Assembly: GCA_963677925.2 (NCBI GenBank)
Contig: CAXXYH010000004.1
Location: 2,272,001 to 2,336,000 of the forward strand
Reading direction: 5' to 3'
Source of the DNA: Spirochaetia bacterium
GTDB taxonomy: Bacteria > Spirochaetota > Spirochaetia > UBA9216
Length of the DNA stretch: 64,000 nucleotides
Below are positions 10,230-19,981 of the stretch, piece after piece. Numbering within the stretch: the stretch's first letter is position 1; every line of letters begins with the position of its first letter. The translations under genes and the position numbers were made by a program. Below the pieces are notes generated by a model. That model was not told the origin of the DNA, searched no databases, and saw only the letters and a program-made list of their open reading frames with translations.

Positions 10230-11939
10230 ATGAACGAATGGTTTAAAAAGTTACTGGCTCAAATCCGCAAGTACTGGGATAAGTGGTCAGGTATACAGAA
10301 AATAATCTTTATCGGAATTTTCGTTGTAATAGTAGCAGGAATAATTCTGGTTGCATCCGTAAGTTCGACCCCGAACATGGTTGCCCTTTTTACCAGTCCG
10401 GTAGCAGATCAGGACAAATTATATAAAATCTCGATGAGACTCGATGAGGAAGGCGTAAATCACCGTACCGATGAGAGCGGTATGATCTATGTCGATGACA
10501 GAGCTACTGCTCAGCGGATGATTTCTGTTCTGATGCGTGAAGACCTTATCCCTGATGAGATATCCGTCTGGGATGCCTTCAAAATGGATCGGTGGACTGT
10601 AACCGATTTTGAACGGGAAGTAAATCTTCAGCGGGCTGTTACCGAAAATCTTCAAATTCATATTGAAGCTCTTGAGGATGTCGACTCTGCCCAGGTAACT
10701 CTGGTAATGCCTGAAACAGAGCTCTTTGCAGAGGACCAGGATCCTGTTACTGCATCAGTTATCATAACACCCCGTCCGGGAAGCGATATTATCACAAACA
10801 GAAGCAAGATCGAGGGAATCGAAAAGCTTGTTATGTTTGCGGTCCAGGGTCTTACTGCAGAAAACGTGGTTATAACTGATTACCGGGGTACCATACTCAA
10901 TGATTTTGAAGATCTCGCAGAGTTTGACCGGCTTGAACTGACAAAGAGGCAGATGGACCAGAAGGCTAAACTTGAAGCCAAATATAAGGGTGAGATACTC
11001 AACGAACTCAAAAGTATTTTCGGCGCCGACAGGGTTAAGATTCTAAGGGTCGACATCGATCTGGACATGAGTAAGAAGACTGTTGAAACCGATGAGTTTT
11101 TCCCAATAACTCTTAAAGAAGACAATCCCAACACTCCCTTTGATGAAACCGATGTAATCAAAAATGTTCCAAGATCTGAACAGATTATCGATGAAAGCTA
11201 CAGGGGCACCGGCTTTAATCCTGAAGGCCCTCCCGGCCAGGAAGGCCAGACTCCTCCCGCATACAAGGACCTGGAAGGTCTTGTAGGAGAATATGAAAAT
11301 AAATCGAATACAATCAATTATGAAGTAAACGAAAGAAAGATTTACGAGGAAAAGAACCCCTGGGAGATTCAGAAGATAACAGTCGGTGTTGCCATCGACG
11401 GTATCTGGACCAGGGTTTATACCGACAAGGGCACATTATCCATTACCCCTGAAGGATCGATTGAAAGAAACTACAGGGAAGTGGAACAGTCTGATCTGGA
11501 CAAGGCTAAAACGCTGATAGAACACTCTATAGGCTATGATGCTCTTCGGGGTGATTCGGTTACGGTGCAGCATCTTGCTTTTGACAGGACTGCTCAGTTT
11601 GAACAGGAAGACCAGAAGTACAGAAATCAGAAGAGACTGCAGCAGGCGATCATTTATTCTATAATTGGTATAGCCGTTATTATTGCAGCTTTTATAATTT
11701 TTAGAATTATCTCAAGAGAACTTGAACGCAGAAGACGTCTGCGTGAAGAAGAACTTGCCAGACAGCACCAGGCAATGAGGGAAGCGGCGCTGAGAAGTGC
11801 CGAGGAAGAAAGTCTTGATGTCGAAATGTCTGTTGAGGAGCGGGCCAGAATGGAAATGCAGGAGCATGCCATGAATATGGCCCGTGAACATCCGGAGGAT
11901 GTTGCACAGCTCATCAGAACCTGGCTGGTAGAGGAGTAG
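10230..11939 (+). CDS. fliF: Flagellar MS-ring protein FliF
   Basis: Two TM segments, SAQVTLVMP/TASVII, C-terminal HPEDVAQLIRTWL; ATG 10230 follows GGGAGGGG. Confidence 0.96.
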   Translation: MNEWFKKLLAQIRKYWDKWSGIQKIIFIGIFVVIVAGIILVASVSSTPNMVALFTSPVADQDKLYKISMRLDEEGVNHRTDESGMIYVDDRATAQRMISVLMREDLIPDEISVWDAFKMDRWTVTDFEREVNLQRAVTENLQIHIEALEDVDSAQVTLVMPETELFAEDQDPVTASVIITPRPGSDIITNRSKIEGIEKLVMFAVQGLTAENVVITDYRGTILNDFEDLAEFDRLELTKRQMDQKAKLEAKYKGEILNELKSIFGADRVKILRVDIDLDMSKKTVETDEFFPITLKEDNPNTPFDETDVIKNVPRSEQIIDESYRGTGFNPEGPPGQEGQTPPAYKDLEGLVGEYENKSNTINYEVNERKIYEEKNPWEIQKITVGVAIDGIWTRVYTDKGTLSITPEGSIERNYREVEQSDLDKAKTLIEHSIGYDALRGDSVTVQHLAFDRTAQFEQEDQKYRNQKRLQQAIIYSIIGIAVIIAAFIIFRIISRELERRRRLREEELARQHQAMREAALRSAEEESLDVEMSVEERARMEMQEHAMNMAREHPEDVAQLIRTWLVEE

Positions 11940-11943
11940 GGAC

Positions 11944-12999
11944 ATGGCTAAATCAGGAGCAGGCGGCGGAGGTGCCGCAGCAGGAAAACCAAAGGTAAAG
12001 AAAGATCTAACCGGAAGGCAGAAGGCGGCCATCTTCCTGGTAACTCTCGGCTCAGAGATTTCGGCGGAGATATTCAAGCATCTGCGTGATGATGAAATTG
12101 AGGCTCTAACATTTGAAATAGCACGACTCGACAGTGTTGAACCTGAAGAACGCGACCGCGTTCTTATGGAGTTCAAAGAACTGATGATGGCTCAGGATTT
12201 TATCACCTCAGGCGGTATAGAATACGCCAGAGAGCTTCTTGAGAAATCACTTGGTTCTCAGAAGGCTGTTGATATCATAAACAGGCTCACAAGCTCACTG
12301 CAGGTGCGTCCCTTTGATTTTATCCGGCGTACAGACCCGGCACATCTGCTTAACTTCATTCAGCAGGAGCATCCGCAGACAATAGCACTTATTCTGGCAT
12401 ACCTTGAGCCTCAGAAGGCCTCGGTAATACTGGGCGCGCTGCCTCATGAGGTTCAGTCCGATGTTGCAAGGCGAATCGCTACAATGGACCGTACTTCACC
12501 GGAAGTTCTGCGTGAGGTTGAAAGGGTTCTTGAGAAGAAACTGTCGACTCTGTCTTCCGAAGACTATACTGCAGCGGGCGGTGTCGAGAACATAGTCGAG
12601 ATACTGAACCTTGTAGACAGATCGACCGAAAAGATAATTATAGAAGCGCTTGAAGAAGACGATCCGGAACTTGCCGAAGAAATCAAGAAGAGGATGTTTG
12701 TATTCGAGGATATCGTTCTGCTTGACGACAGGGCAATTCAGAAGGTGCTTCGTGAAGTTGATACAAGTGAGCTCGGCAAGGCACTCAGAGGTGTTGAGGC
12801 CGAAGTTCAGGACAAGATTTTCAGAAACATGTCGAAACGTGCTTCACAGCTTCTGAAAGAAGAAATGGAGTATATGGGTCCGATCAGGCTGAAAGATGTT
12901 GAAGAGACCCAGCAGAAGATTGTATCGATTATCAGAAAGCTCGAGGACCAGGGTGAAATTGTTGTTGCAAGGTCCGGCGAAGATGAAATGGTCGTCTAA
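11944..12999 (+). CDS. fliG: Flagellar motor switch protein FliG
   Basis: QKAAIFLVTLG, EHPQTIALIL, MFVFEDI, GPIRLKDVE. Confidence 0.98.
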   Translation: MAKSGAGGGGAAAGKPKVKKDLTGRQKAAIFLVTLGSEISAEIFKHLRDDEIEALTFEIARLDSVEPEERDRVLMEFKELMMAQDFITSGGIEYARELLEKSLGSQKAVDIINRLTSSLQVRPFDFIRRTDPAHLLNFIQQEHPQTIALILAYLEPQKASVILGALPHEVQSDVARRIATMDRTSPEVLREVERVLEKKLSTLSSEDYTAAGGVENIVEILNLVDRSTEKIIIEALEEDDPELAEEIKKRMFVFEDIVLLDDRAIQKVLREVDTSELGKALRGVEAEVQDKIFRNMSKRASQLLKEEMEYMGPIRLKDVEETQQKIVSIIRKLEDQGEIVVARSGEDEMVV

Positions 13000-13012
13000 C
13001 GGAGGTTTTTAA

Positions 13013-13921
13013 TTGGCTAAGAATGTTTTCAGGCCGCAGGAAATCGTTGCGCTCACGCAGCAGGTTAAACTCAATTCTCCCTTTGAGAAGGAGCCGGAAC
13101 CTGAGATAATTATACCTGCAGAAGAATATAAGGGCCCTACAGCTGATGATCTCAGACGCGAAGCTGAAATGTTCAAGGCCAGCTGGGAAGCTGAAAAAGA
13201 GCTGATGATCTCCCAGGCCAGGGCAGAGGCTGACCGTATAATCAAGGAAGCTGAACAGGCGGCCTTTGATGTAGTGAAAGAAAAAAATGATGAGGCTCAG
13301 CGGCTTCGTCAGACTGCTGAGGATGAAGCTGAAGATCTTGTGCGAAATGCTGAAAAGCAGTCTGCGGCAATGATTGAGGATGCCGAGAAGAGTGTTGAGG
13401 AAGTAACCGGTGCTGCTCACAAGGAAGGTTTTGCCGCCGGCCGCGAGGAAGGCTTTGAAACCGGAAAGGCGGAAGTTGACCGGCTTATTCAGCACCTGCA
13501 TACGATAATTTCCGCTGCAATTGAAAAGCGTAATCACATTATCGATCAGTCTGAAACCCAGATTATTGATCTCGTTCTGGTAATAAGCCAGAAGGTAATA
13601 AAAGTAATTTCAGAAAATCAGAAGAATGTAGTTATTAACAATGTTATTCAGGCTCTGCGTAAGCTTAAGAGCCGCGGTGATGTTGTCATCAGGGTTAATC
13701 TGGATGATGTTAAGCTCACAAGCGATCATGTTAAGGATTTTATGCGGATGGTTGAAAATGTCCGTTCTATTACTGTGATGGAAGATTCTTCAGTCGACCG
13801 GGGAGGCTGTGTCATCGAAACAGACTTCGGACAGATTGATGCCAGAATCTCTTCTCAGTTCAAGGAGATCGAGGAGAAGATTCTCGAACTCGTGCCGATA
13901 AAGGCCGGCGGGGAAGAATAA
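13013..13921 (+). CDS. fliH: Flagellar assembly protein FliH
   Basis: AxxxGxxxGxxxGxxxG repeats, GGCVIETDFGQIDARI; TTG start with GGAGG SD. Confidence 0.95.
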   Translation: MAKNVFRPQEIVALTQQVKLNSPFEKEPEPEIIIPAEEYKGPTADDLRREAEMFKASWEAEKELMISQARAEADRIIKEAEQAAFDVVKEKNDEAQRLRQTAEDEAEDLVRNAEKQSAAMIEDAEKSVEEVTGAAHKEGFAAGREEGFETGKAEVDRLIQHLHTIISAAIEKRNHIIDQSETQIIDLVLVISQKVIKVISENQKNVVINNVIQALRKLKSRGDVVIRVNLDDVKLTSDHVKDFMRMVENVRSITVMEDSSVDRGGCVIETDFGQIDARISSQFKEIEEKILELVPIKAGGEE

Positions 13922-13937
13922 AAAAGTAGAACTTTTT

Positions 13938-13998
13938 TATTCTTCCAGGGAGTTTTAATTTTTTACTTAAAAAATTAAAACGTCCATGGAGAAGAATA
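13938..13998 (+). repeat. Long imperfect inverted repeat in the fliH-fliI intergenic region
   Basis: Perfect 13-bp core GTTTTAATTTTTT (13952-13964) / AAAAAATTAAAAC (13969-13981), extended by TATTCTTCCAGGGA / TCCATGGAGAAGAATA. Confidence 0.85.
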
Positions 13999-14047
13999 GT
14001 AAGGATATAGACGGATATAGTTAACACTTTTCCTGGGAGGGGAGAAA

Positions 14048-15433
14048 GTGAAGATGTTTGATAAATACAGCATGATACTTAACAGGACAGATCCTATTAA
14101 GTATACCGGTGTTGTTGAAAGAGTTACAGGACTACTCATAGAAAGCAGCGGTCCTCAGGTAGTACTGGGGGAGCTGTGTCAGATATTAATTCCCGGTCTG
14201 GATTCTCCGGTCAGGGCCGAGGTCGTAGGCTTCAATGGAAATACAGTGCAGCTCATGCCATACGGCGAAATAGACGGGATAGAACCCGGCTGTGTTGTAG
14301 TGGCTTCCGGAAAAACACTTGAAGTTCCCGTATCGGAAAATATGCTTGGCCGTGTCATAGACAGCCTTGGGCATCCTCTGGACGACCGAGGTTCCTATGG
14401 CGCCGATACCTGGTACAATGCAACCGCAAACTCACCTAATGCAATGAAGCGGAAAGTCATAAAAGAACGGATTGTTACCGGTGTACGTGCTATAGATTTT
14501 ATGACGCCCGCAGGCAAGGGGCAGCGAATCGGCATTTTTTCGGGTTCAGGTGTAGGCAAGTCAACGCTTCTTGGAATGATTGCCCGTAATACAAATGCTG
14601 ATGTAAATGTTATCGCCCTTATAGGTGAAAGAGGCAGGGAGGTCCGCGAGTTCATAGAACGTGATCTCGGGCCCGAGGGGATGAAAAAAACTGTTCTTGT
14701 GGTTTCAACTTCAGATACCCCGCCGCTTTCAAGGCTGCGGGGTGCATATACTGCCACTACAATTGCCGAGTATTTCAGGGACAAGGGCCTTGATGTGATG
14801 CTTCTTTTTGATTCGGTCACCCGTTTTGCCCGTGCACAGCGTGAAATCGGCCTTGCTTCCGGCGAACCTCCTGCAAACAGAGGATTCCCTCCGTCGGTAT
14901 TTGAAAGGCTGCCAAAGCTGCTTGAGCGCTGCGGAACTTCTGACAGGGGAACCATTACCGGTTTCTACACAATACTTGTAGAAGGCGATGATATGGATGA
15001 ACCTATCGCAGATAATGTCAGGGGGATTCTTGACGGGCATATCGTTTTAGACAGGGGGCTTGCACAGAAATATCATTATCCCGCTATAGATGTACTTAAC
15101 TCTGTATCAAGGCTTTCAACGGTTGTTGCCCAGAAGGATGAACAGCAGGCCGCAGGCCGTATGCGACGGCTTCTTGCCGAATACAGGTCTGCTGAGGATC
15201 TAATCAGTGTCGGTGCATATGCGACCGGTTCAAATCCGGTTATCGATGAAGCCATAGACAAAATGGAATATATAAACGGATTTCTGAGGCAGGAAATTGA
15301 TGAGCAGGCGCCTATAGTTCAGACTCTAGCCCTCGCTTCCAGTATCACCGGAATGAATATTGATGCCTCTGTCTACGAAGTGCAGGAAGAACAGAATGCG
15401 CAGGAGGGAGCTGCTTTAAGTGAAAAGGTTTAA
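14048..15433 (+). CDS. fliI: Flagellar export ATPase FliI
   Basis: GIFSGSGVGKS, LIGERGREV, DSVTRFARAQREIGL, DGHIVL, YPAIDVLNSVSR; GTG start with GGAGG SD. Confidence 0.98.
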   Translation: MKMFDKYSMILNRTDPIKYTGVVERVTGLLIESSGPQVVLGELCQILIPGLDSPVRAEVVGFNGNTVQLMPYGEIDGIEPGCVVVASGKTLEVPVSENMLGRVIDSLGHPLDDRGSYGADTWYNATANSPNAMKRKVIKERIVTGVRAIDFMTPAGKGQRIGIFSGSGVGKSTLLGMIARNTNADVNVIALIGERGREVREFIERDLGPEGMKKTVLVVSTSDTPPLSRLRGAYTATTIAEYFRDKGLDVMLLFDSVTRFARAQREIGLASGEPPANRGFPPSVFERLPKLLERCGTSDRGTITGFYTILVEGDDMDEPIADNVRGILDGHIVLDRGLAQKYHYPAIDVLNSVSRLSTVVAQKDEQQAAGRMRRLLAEYRSAEDLISVGAYATGSNPVIDEAIDKMEYINGFLRQEIDEQAPIVQTLALASSITGMNIDASVYEVQEEQNAQEGAALSEKV

Positions 15434-15860
15434 GTTCAACCTTGAGCGGCTGCTTAAGATTCGTGAACATGAGGAACATGAATGGGAAATAAAGCTTGGG
15501 AAAGCTGTTTCTGAATGTGTGCGCATACAATCCGAGATTGCACAGCGGCAGTCCGAGATAAGTAAAACACTGCTTACGCGCGGCAGTATAAACAATCGTG
15601 AGGAAGAACTGCTGGTTATGGAATTCTATAAACACCGGATGAGTAAGGAAGCCGGTGAGCTTCAGGATAAACTTGTCAGAGCAGAGAAGGAAAGGGATAA
15701 GGTTAAGGCCGGTTTTCTGGAAGTCTCAAAGAACAGGAAGATTCTTACCAAGCTTAAGGAAAAGCGTGAGAAGGAATACTATAAGCAGCAGCTTAAACAG
15801 GAATTTAATAATACTGATGAGATTAATAACAGCCGTGCAGCCGGGCACTATGGCCGTTAG
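15420..15860 (+). CDS. fliJ: Flagellar export protein FliJ
   Basis: MKRFKFNLERLLKIR N-terminus, coiled coil, position after fliI. Confidence 0.9.
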   Translation: MKRFKFNLERLLKIREHEEHEWEIKLGKAVSECVRIQSEIAQRQSEISKTLLTRGSINNREEELLVMEFYKHRMSKEAGELQDKLVRAEKERDKVKAGFLEVSKNRKILTKLKEKREKEYYKQQLKQEFNNTDEINNSRAAGHYGR

Positions 15861-15869
15861 GAGGAAAAA

Positions 15870-16499
15870 GTGGCAAAGATATCAGCCGTAAAAACAGGTT
15901 CAAGGGTGGTTGCCCTTATACTGCTCATACTTATTTTGGTGCTCGGAGGATTTGTATGGTTTGACTTTCTCGGGCTGATAAATGCAAAAGAGCTTGTTTC
16001 TCCGCTGCTTCAGAGAGTGGGTATCAATATCGGAATACCCGATCCGGTGGAAAATGTTGAAGACACAATGCTGCTCGAAAAGGAACGCCTTGATAAGCTG
16101 GAGCAGGCTCTGGATTTAAGGGAAAGTGAACTCGATAAACGCGAAGAAGAGATTAAAACCTCTGAAGATGAGATAAAACAGATGCTGGATTCCATAAAAG
16201 AAAGGGAAACAGCTTTCGAAGAACAGGAAAAATCATTTAACGATCGTTTAAAAGCGTACGACAATAGAAATACGAACCTAAGGCAGGCAGCGGAGTATTT
16301 TGTAGGAATGCCCCCTCAGGATGCTGTCAATATGTTCCTGGAGATGGATGATCAGGATGTAATTGACATTATGAGGGCGCATCAGACAATCAGTGATGAG
16401 GCAGGTACCGCATCAATGGTTTCCTACTGGCTATCTCTTATGCCTTCCGACAGGGCGGCAGCTCTCAACAGGAAGATGTTGAAGAAACCTGAGAGCTAA
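15870..16499 (+). CDS. flbB: Periplasmic flagellar collar protein FlbB (MotE-like)
   Basis: N-terminal TM ending WFDFLG, coiled coil, GMPPQDAV and YWLSLMPSDRAA motifs; position between fliJ and fliK. Confidence 0.85.
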   Translation: MAKISAVKTGSRVVALILLILILVLGGFVWFDFLGLINAKELVSPLLQRVGINIGIPDPVENVEDTMLLEKERLDKLEQALDLRESELDKREEEIKTSEDEIKQMLDSIKERETAFEEQEKSFNDRLKAYDNRNTNLRQAAEYFVGMPPQDAVNMFLEMDDQDVIDIMRAHQTISDEAGTASMVSYWLSLMPSDRAAALNRKMLKKPES

Positions 16500-16513
16500 T
16501 AAAATGTTGGAGG

Positions 16514-17908
16514 GTGATGTTGATTTCAGCACCTGTACAATTTAATCCGGTAGAAACAGACGCCGGGTTTGGTACGCTTAAATCCGGGCGAAGTGAACAG
16601 AATGAAAAACCTGCAGATGAATTCAGCAGGGTGTTTGATACTGTAACTGAAAGAAGTAAAAGTAAACCGCCCGGCCGGGAAGCAGAAGCGGCGGAGAATG
16701 CTGCAGACAGGGAGGCAGATACCTTACCGCCGAAAGAAGAAGCTGAAAAATCCGTTAAGGATATGAAGGCTGAAAAGGACGGAGCGGAAAAAAACGGTAC
16801 TGCTGTCAGTAAAAAAAAGACGGAAAATAAATCAGAGCGGGCAGATTCAGAAAAAAAGGAATCGGACGGTAAAAAGGTGAATGCTTCCGAGAGGAAGGCT
16901 TCAGAAGCGGATGAGAATCTCGCAGTTCTTTTTTCGGGGAAACAGATTCTTAAACCGGAAGAAACAAAAAAATCATCTGCAGAATTTGTTTCCCGCGGCA
17001 GTATCGCCAAAGGCGGTCTTAAAATCCGGACCGGCGAGGAATCAGTTAAATCACAGCTTGATGCCTTACTTAAAGATTCCGGTAAGGCTGCAGCCTCAGG
17101 CCGGATCGTTCAGTTTGTAAAATCAGACAAGGCTGATGTTGAAAAGACTGATAAAAAAAGCAGAATAAAAATCGATGCCGATGAACTGAAAACTGCAGCC
17201 GGGAAAAAGCAGGGAATAAATCCTTTATCTGCGGAGGCTGCTCCTGATGCAAAAGATTTAAAGCTTAAAAAGACCGGCAGCGGTGATGATAAGGCTAAAA
17301 TCAGAATAACCGATCACCGGAAGAATCATGATACAGCTAAACAGGTCTCAGCAGATAAAAACAGTTTTACTGAAAAGATTGATGCAAATGAAGTTAAGAC
17401 TGATTCAGCAAAGGCTGTAATAGAACTGAATGCAGAAACTGCGGAGAGAAGCACTTCCTCCGGTCCGTCATCAGTGAAGTCCAGGGCTGAAACAGTTCTC
17501 ACTCAGCTTAAGGAGGGCGTTAATGCCCAGATAGTAAAACAGGCCGGAATTGTTGTAAAAGAGAACGGAACAGGTGAAATCAAGCTTGTTATGAAGCCGG
17601 AAAGCCTTGGAAAGGTAAGAATCCAGCTTTCTCTGAACGATAATCATATAGGCGGCCGAATAATTGTCGAAAATAATACAGTAAGGCAGATTTTTGAGAG
17701 TAATCTTGAAAACCTTTACAAGGCATTCGGAACCGAAGGATTTGAAGCGGGTGCTCTTGAAGTTACGGTCGAAGGTGACGGTTCTTCAGACAGCAGGCAA
17801 TCCTCCGGAAAGGGCTCAGGCCGGCGGATTGTTCAGATGATAGAGGACAGTATTCCGGATGCGGGAATCGACAGCTGGCAGGATAATCTTGTCAACCTTG
17901 TAGTTTGA
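16514..17908 (+). CDS. fliK: Flagellar hook-length control protein FliK
   Basis: Long low-complexity K/E/S-rich region plus C-terminal domain IKLVMKPESLGKVRIQL; precedes flgD. Confidence 0.92.
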   Translation: MMLISAPVQFNPVETDAGFGTLKSGRSEQNEKPADEFSRVFDTVTERSKSKPPGREAEAAENAADREADTLPPKEEAEKSVKDMKAEKDGAEKNGTAVSKKKTENKSERADSEKKESDGKKVNASERKASEADENLAVLFSGKQILKPEETKKSSAEFVSRGSIAKGGLKIRTGEESVKSQLDALLKDSGKAAASGRIVQFVKSDKADVEKTDKKSRIKIDADELKTAAGKKQGINPLSAEAAPDAKDLKLKKTGSGDDKAKIRITDHRKNHDTAKQVSADKNSFTEKIDANEVKTDSAKAVIELNAETAERSTSSGPSSVKSRAETVLTQLKEGVNAQIVKQAGIVVKENGTGEIKLVMKPESLGKVRIQLSLNDNHIGGRIIVENNTVRQIFESNLENLYKAFGTEGFEAGALEVTVEGDGSSDSRQSSGKGSGRRIVQMIEDSIPDAGIDSWQDNLVNLVV

Positions 17909-17923
17909 GTAAGGAGAAACTGA

Positions 17924-18355
17924 ATGGATTTTTCAGCAACAATGTCCACACAGGACAAAGCTGTTTCAGAAGCAATGGTCAACAGTCTTAATGCAGTACT
18001 TAAAACAGAGGGCGTTAAGCAGAACTCTCTCGGAAGGGATGATTTTCTGAAAATTCTCATCACCCAGCTTTCCTATCAGGATCCTACTGCTCCAATGGAA
18101 GACAAGGAATTTATCTCCCAGATGGCACAGTTTTCAAGTCTGGAACAGATGACAAACATGAGTCAGGAATTTTCCAAGCTTTCAGGATTTCTTAACAGGA
18201 ACAGTGCAATCGGGCTTATTGGACGTAATGTGACCATAGGTTCGGGTGAAAACATTATTAACGGTCTTGTTGAAGAAGTGACCGGTAATGAATATCCGCA
18301 GGTACTGGTAAACGGTAAATATTATGATTTCGATGACATACAGAGTGTAAGGTAA
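17924..18355 (+). CDS. flgD: Flagellar hook capping protein FlgD
   Basis: LGRDDFLKILITQLSYQDPTAPMEDKEFISQMAQFSSLEQM. Confidence 0.97.
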   Translation: MDFSATMSTQDKAVSEAMVNSLNAVLKTEGVKQNSLGRDDFLKILITQLSYQDPTAPMEDKEFISQMAQFSSLEQMTNMSQEFSKLSGFLNRNSAIGLIGRNVTIGSGENIINGLVEEVTGNEYPQVLVNGKYYDFDDIQSVR

Positions 18356-18370
18356 GGGGGAAGCAGCTAT

Positions 18371-19759
18371 ATGATGCGTTCATTATATTCCGGTGTATCC
18401 GGACTTCAGAATCATCAGGTTCGAATGGATGTAATTGGAAACAATATATCCAACATCAATACAACAGGTTTTAAGAAAGGCCGGGTAAATTTTCAGGATA
18501 TGCTTTCGCAGAATATGCAGGGAGCTGCACGTCCGACTGAAGAGCTCGGCGGTGTTAACCCCAAACAGGTTGGTCTTGGTATGACTGTCGCTTCAATCGA
18601 CACCATTCATACTCAGGGTTCACTTCAGTCAACCGGTGTTACAACCGACCTTGCTGTACAGGGAAACGGGTTCTTCGTAATGCGCGGAGGCGACAAGCAG
18701 TACTACACCAGAGCCGGAGCCTTCGGTGTTGATGAGGGCGGAAGCCTGGTTAACCCTTCAAACGGTATGAGAGTACAGGGCTGGATGGCCGAGACTGTTA
18801 ACGGTGAAGCCTTTATCAATACAGCGTCCGACGTAGGAGACCTTCTTATTCCTGTCGGAGGAAAAGATCCGGCAGCTGCCACTACCGAAGTCAACCTGGC
18901 CTGTAACCTTGATAAACGTCTTGAAGTTATCCCCGAAGGCGCTGGAGACGAAACAATCCGTAGAAATACTTGGACTATCGACAAGGATATCTATGACAAC
19001 TTCGGAAACGTTCACAGGATGAGAGTAAGCTTTACAAAGATCGATGGAACACAGAACAGCTGGCAGGCTAATGTTGCAATTGATCCGGATGATGAAACTG
19101 GAACCAACACTGCAATTGAGATCGGCGCAGAAAATAACACGACAAACACTTTTACAGTTAACTTCAGCAATCTCGGAACCCTTGAGTCTGTAACCGATGC
19201 CCAGGGAGATATACTTGATGCTGATGAACTTAATGTAGCAGTTTCATTTGATGTTCTGGGTGCAACCGAGCAGGAAGCCGGTATTCCAATCAGACAGACT
19301 TTCAACCTTAATCTCGGTGAAGCCGGCAGTGTCGTAAACACCGTTACTCAGTTTGCAGAAACAAGTTCAACCAAGGCTTTCAAGCAGAACGGTTACGGAA
19401 TGGGATACCTTGAAAATTTCAAGATTGACCAGAGCGGTGTGATTACCGGTGTTTATTCGAATGGAACCAACAGAGTTCTTGGACAGGTTGCCCTCGCTAC
19501 TTTTACAAACCAGGGCGGTCTTGAAAAAGCCGGTGAAACAACATTTGTAGTAACCAATAATTCAGGTGATCCCAATATCGGGCCTGTAGGCGTAGCCGGA
19601 AAGGGTAAGATAATTGCCGGGGCTCTTGAAATGAGTAATGTTGATTTGGCTGAGCAGTTTACTGACATGATTGTAACGCAGAGAGGTTTTCAGGCTAACT
19701 CGAAAACCATAACGACCTCTGATACAATGCTTCAGGAACTGCTGAACCTTAAGAGATAA
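18371..19759 (+). CDS. flgE: Flagellar hook protein FlgE
   Basis: [55 protein letters not shown]. Confidence 0.98.
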   Translation: MMRSLYSGVSGLQNHQVRMDVIGNNISNINTTGFKKGRVNFQDMLSQNMQGAARPTEELGGVNPKQVGLGMTVASIDTIHTQGSLQSTGVTTDLAVQGNGFFVMRGGDKQYYTRAGAFGVDEGGSLVNPSNGMRVQGWMAETVNGEAFINTASDVGDLLIPVGGKDPAAATTEVNLACNLDKRLEVIPEGAGDETIRRNTWTIDKDIYDNFGNVHRMRVSFTKIDGTQNSWQANVAIDPDDETGTNTAIEIGAENNTTNTFTVNFSNLGTLESVTDAQGDILDADELNVAVSFDVLGATEQEAGIPIRQTFNLNLGEAGSVVNTVTQFAETSSTKAFKQNGYGMGYLENFKIDQSGVITGVYSNGTNRVLGQVALATFTNQGGLEKAGETTFVVTNNSGDPNIGPVGVAGKGKIIAGALEMSNVDLAEQFTDMIVTQRGFQANSKTITTSDTMLQELLNLKR

Positions 19760-19777
19760 GCGGATAGACGGTAAGGT

Positions 19778-19975
19778 ATGATAGAAGTTACGAGACTTAA
19801 CGGCGAGGTCTTTTATGTGAACCCGCATCAGATTGAATATGTTACAGCTTCGCCTGATGTTACACTTATCATGCTTTCCGGTAAACGTCTGGTAATCCGG
19901 GAGGATTACCAGACTGTTTTTTCAAGAATTGTTGAATACAGAGGCCTCATCGGGGCTTTTAAGAACGAGGAGTAG
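19778..19975 (+). CDS. flbD: Flagellar protein FlbD
   Basis: MIEVTRLNG...NPHQIEY...PDVTL; position between flgE and motA. Confidence 0.93.
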   Translation: MIEVTRLNGEVFYVNPHQIEYVTASPDVTLIMLSGKRLVIREDYQTVFSRIVEYRGLIGAFKNEE

Positions 19976-19981
19976 ATGTAG

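Noticed and set aside
16420-16514. Treponema-type sigma28 promoter upstream of fliK
   Set aside because: TCCGACAG is present but there is no TAAA-like -35 at 15-16 nt spacing
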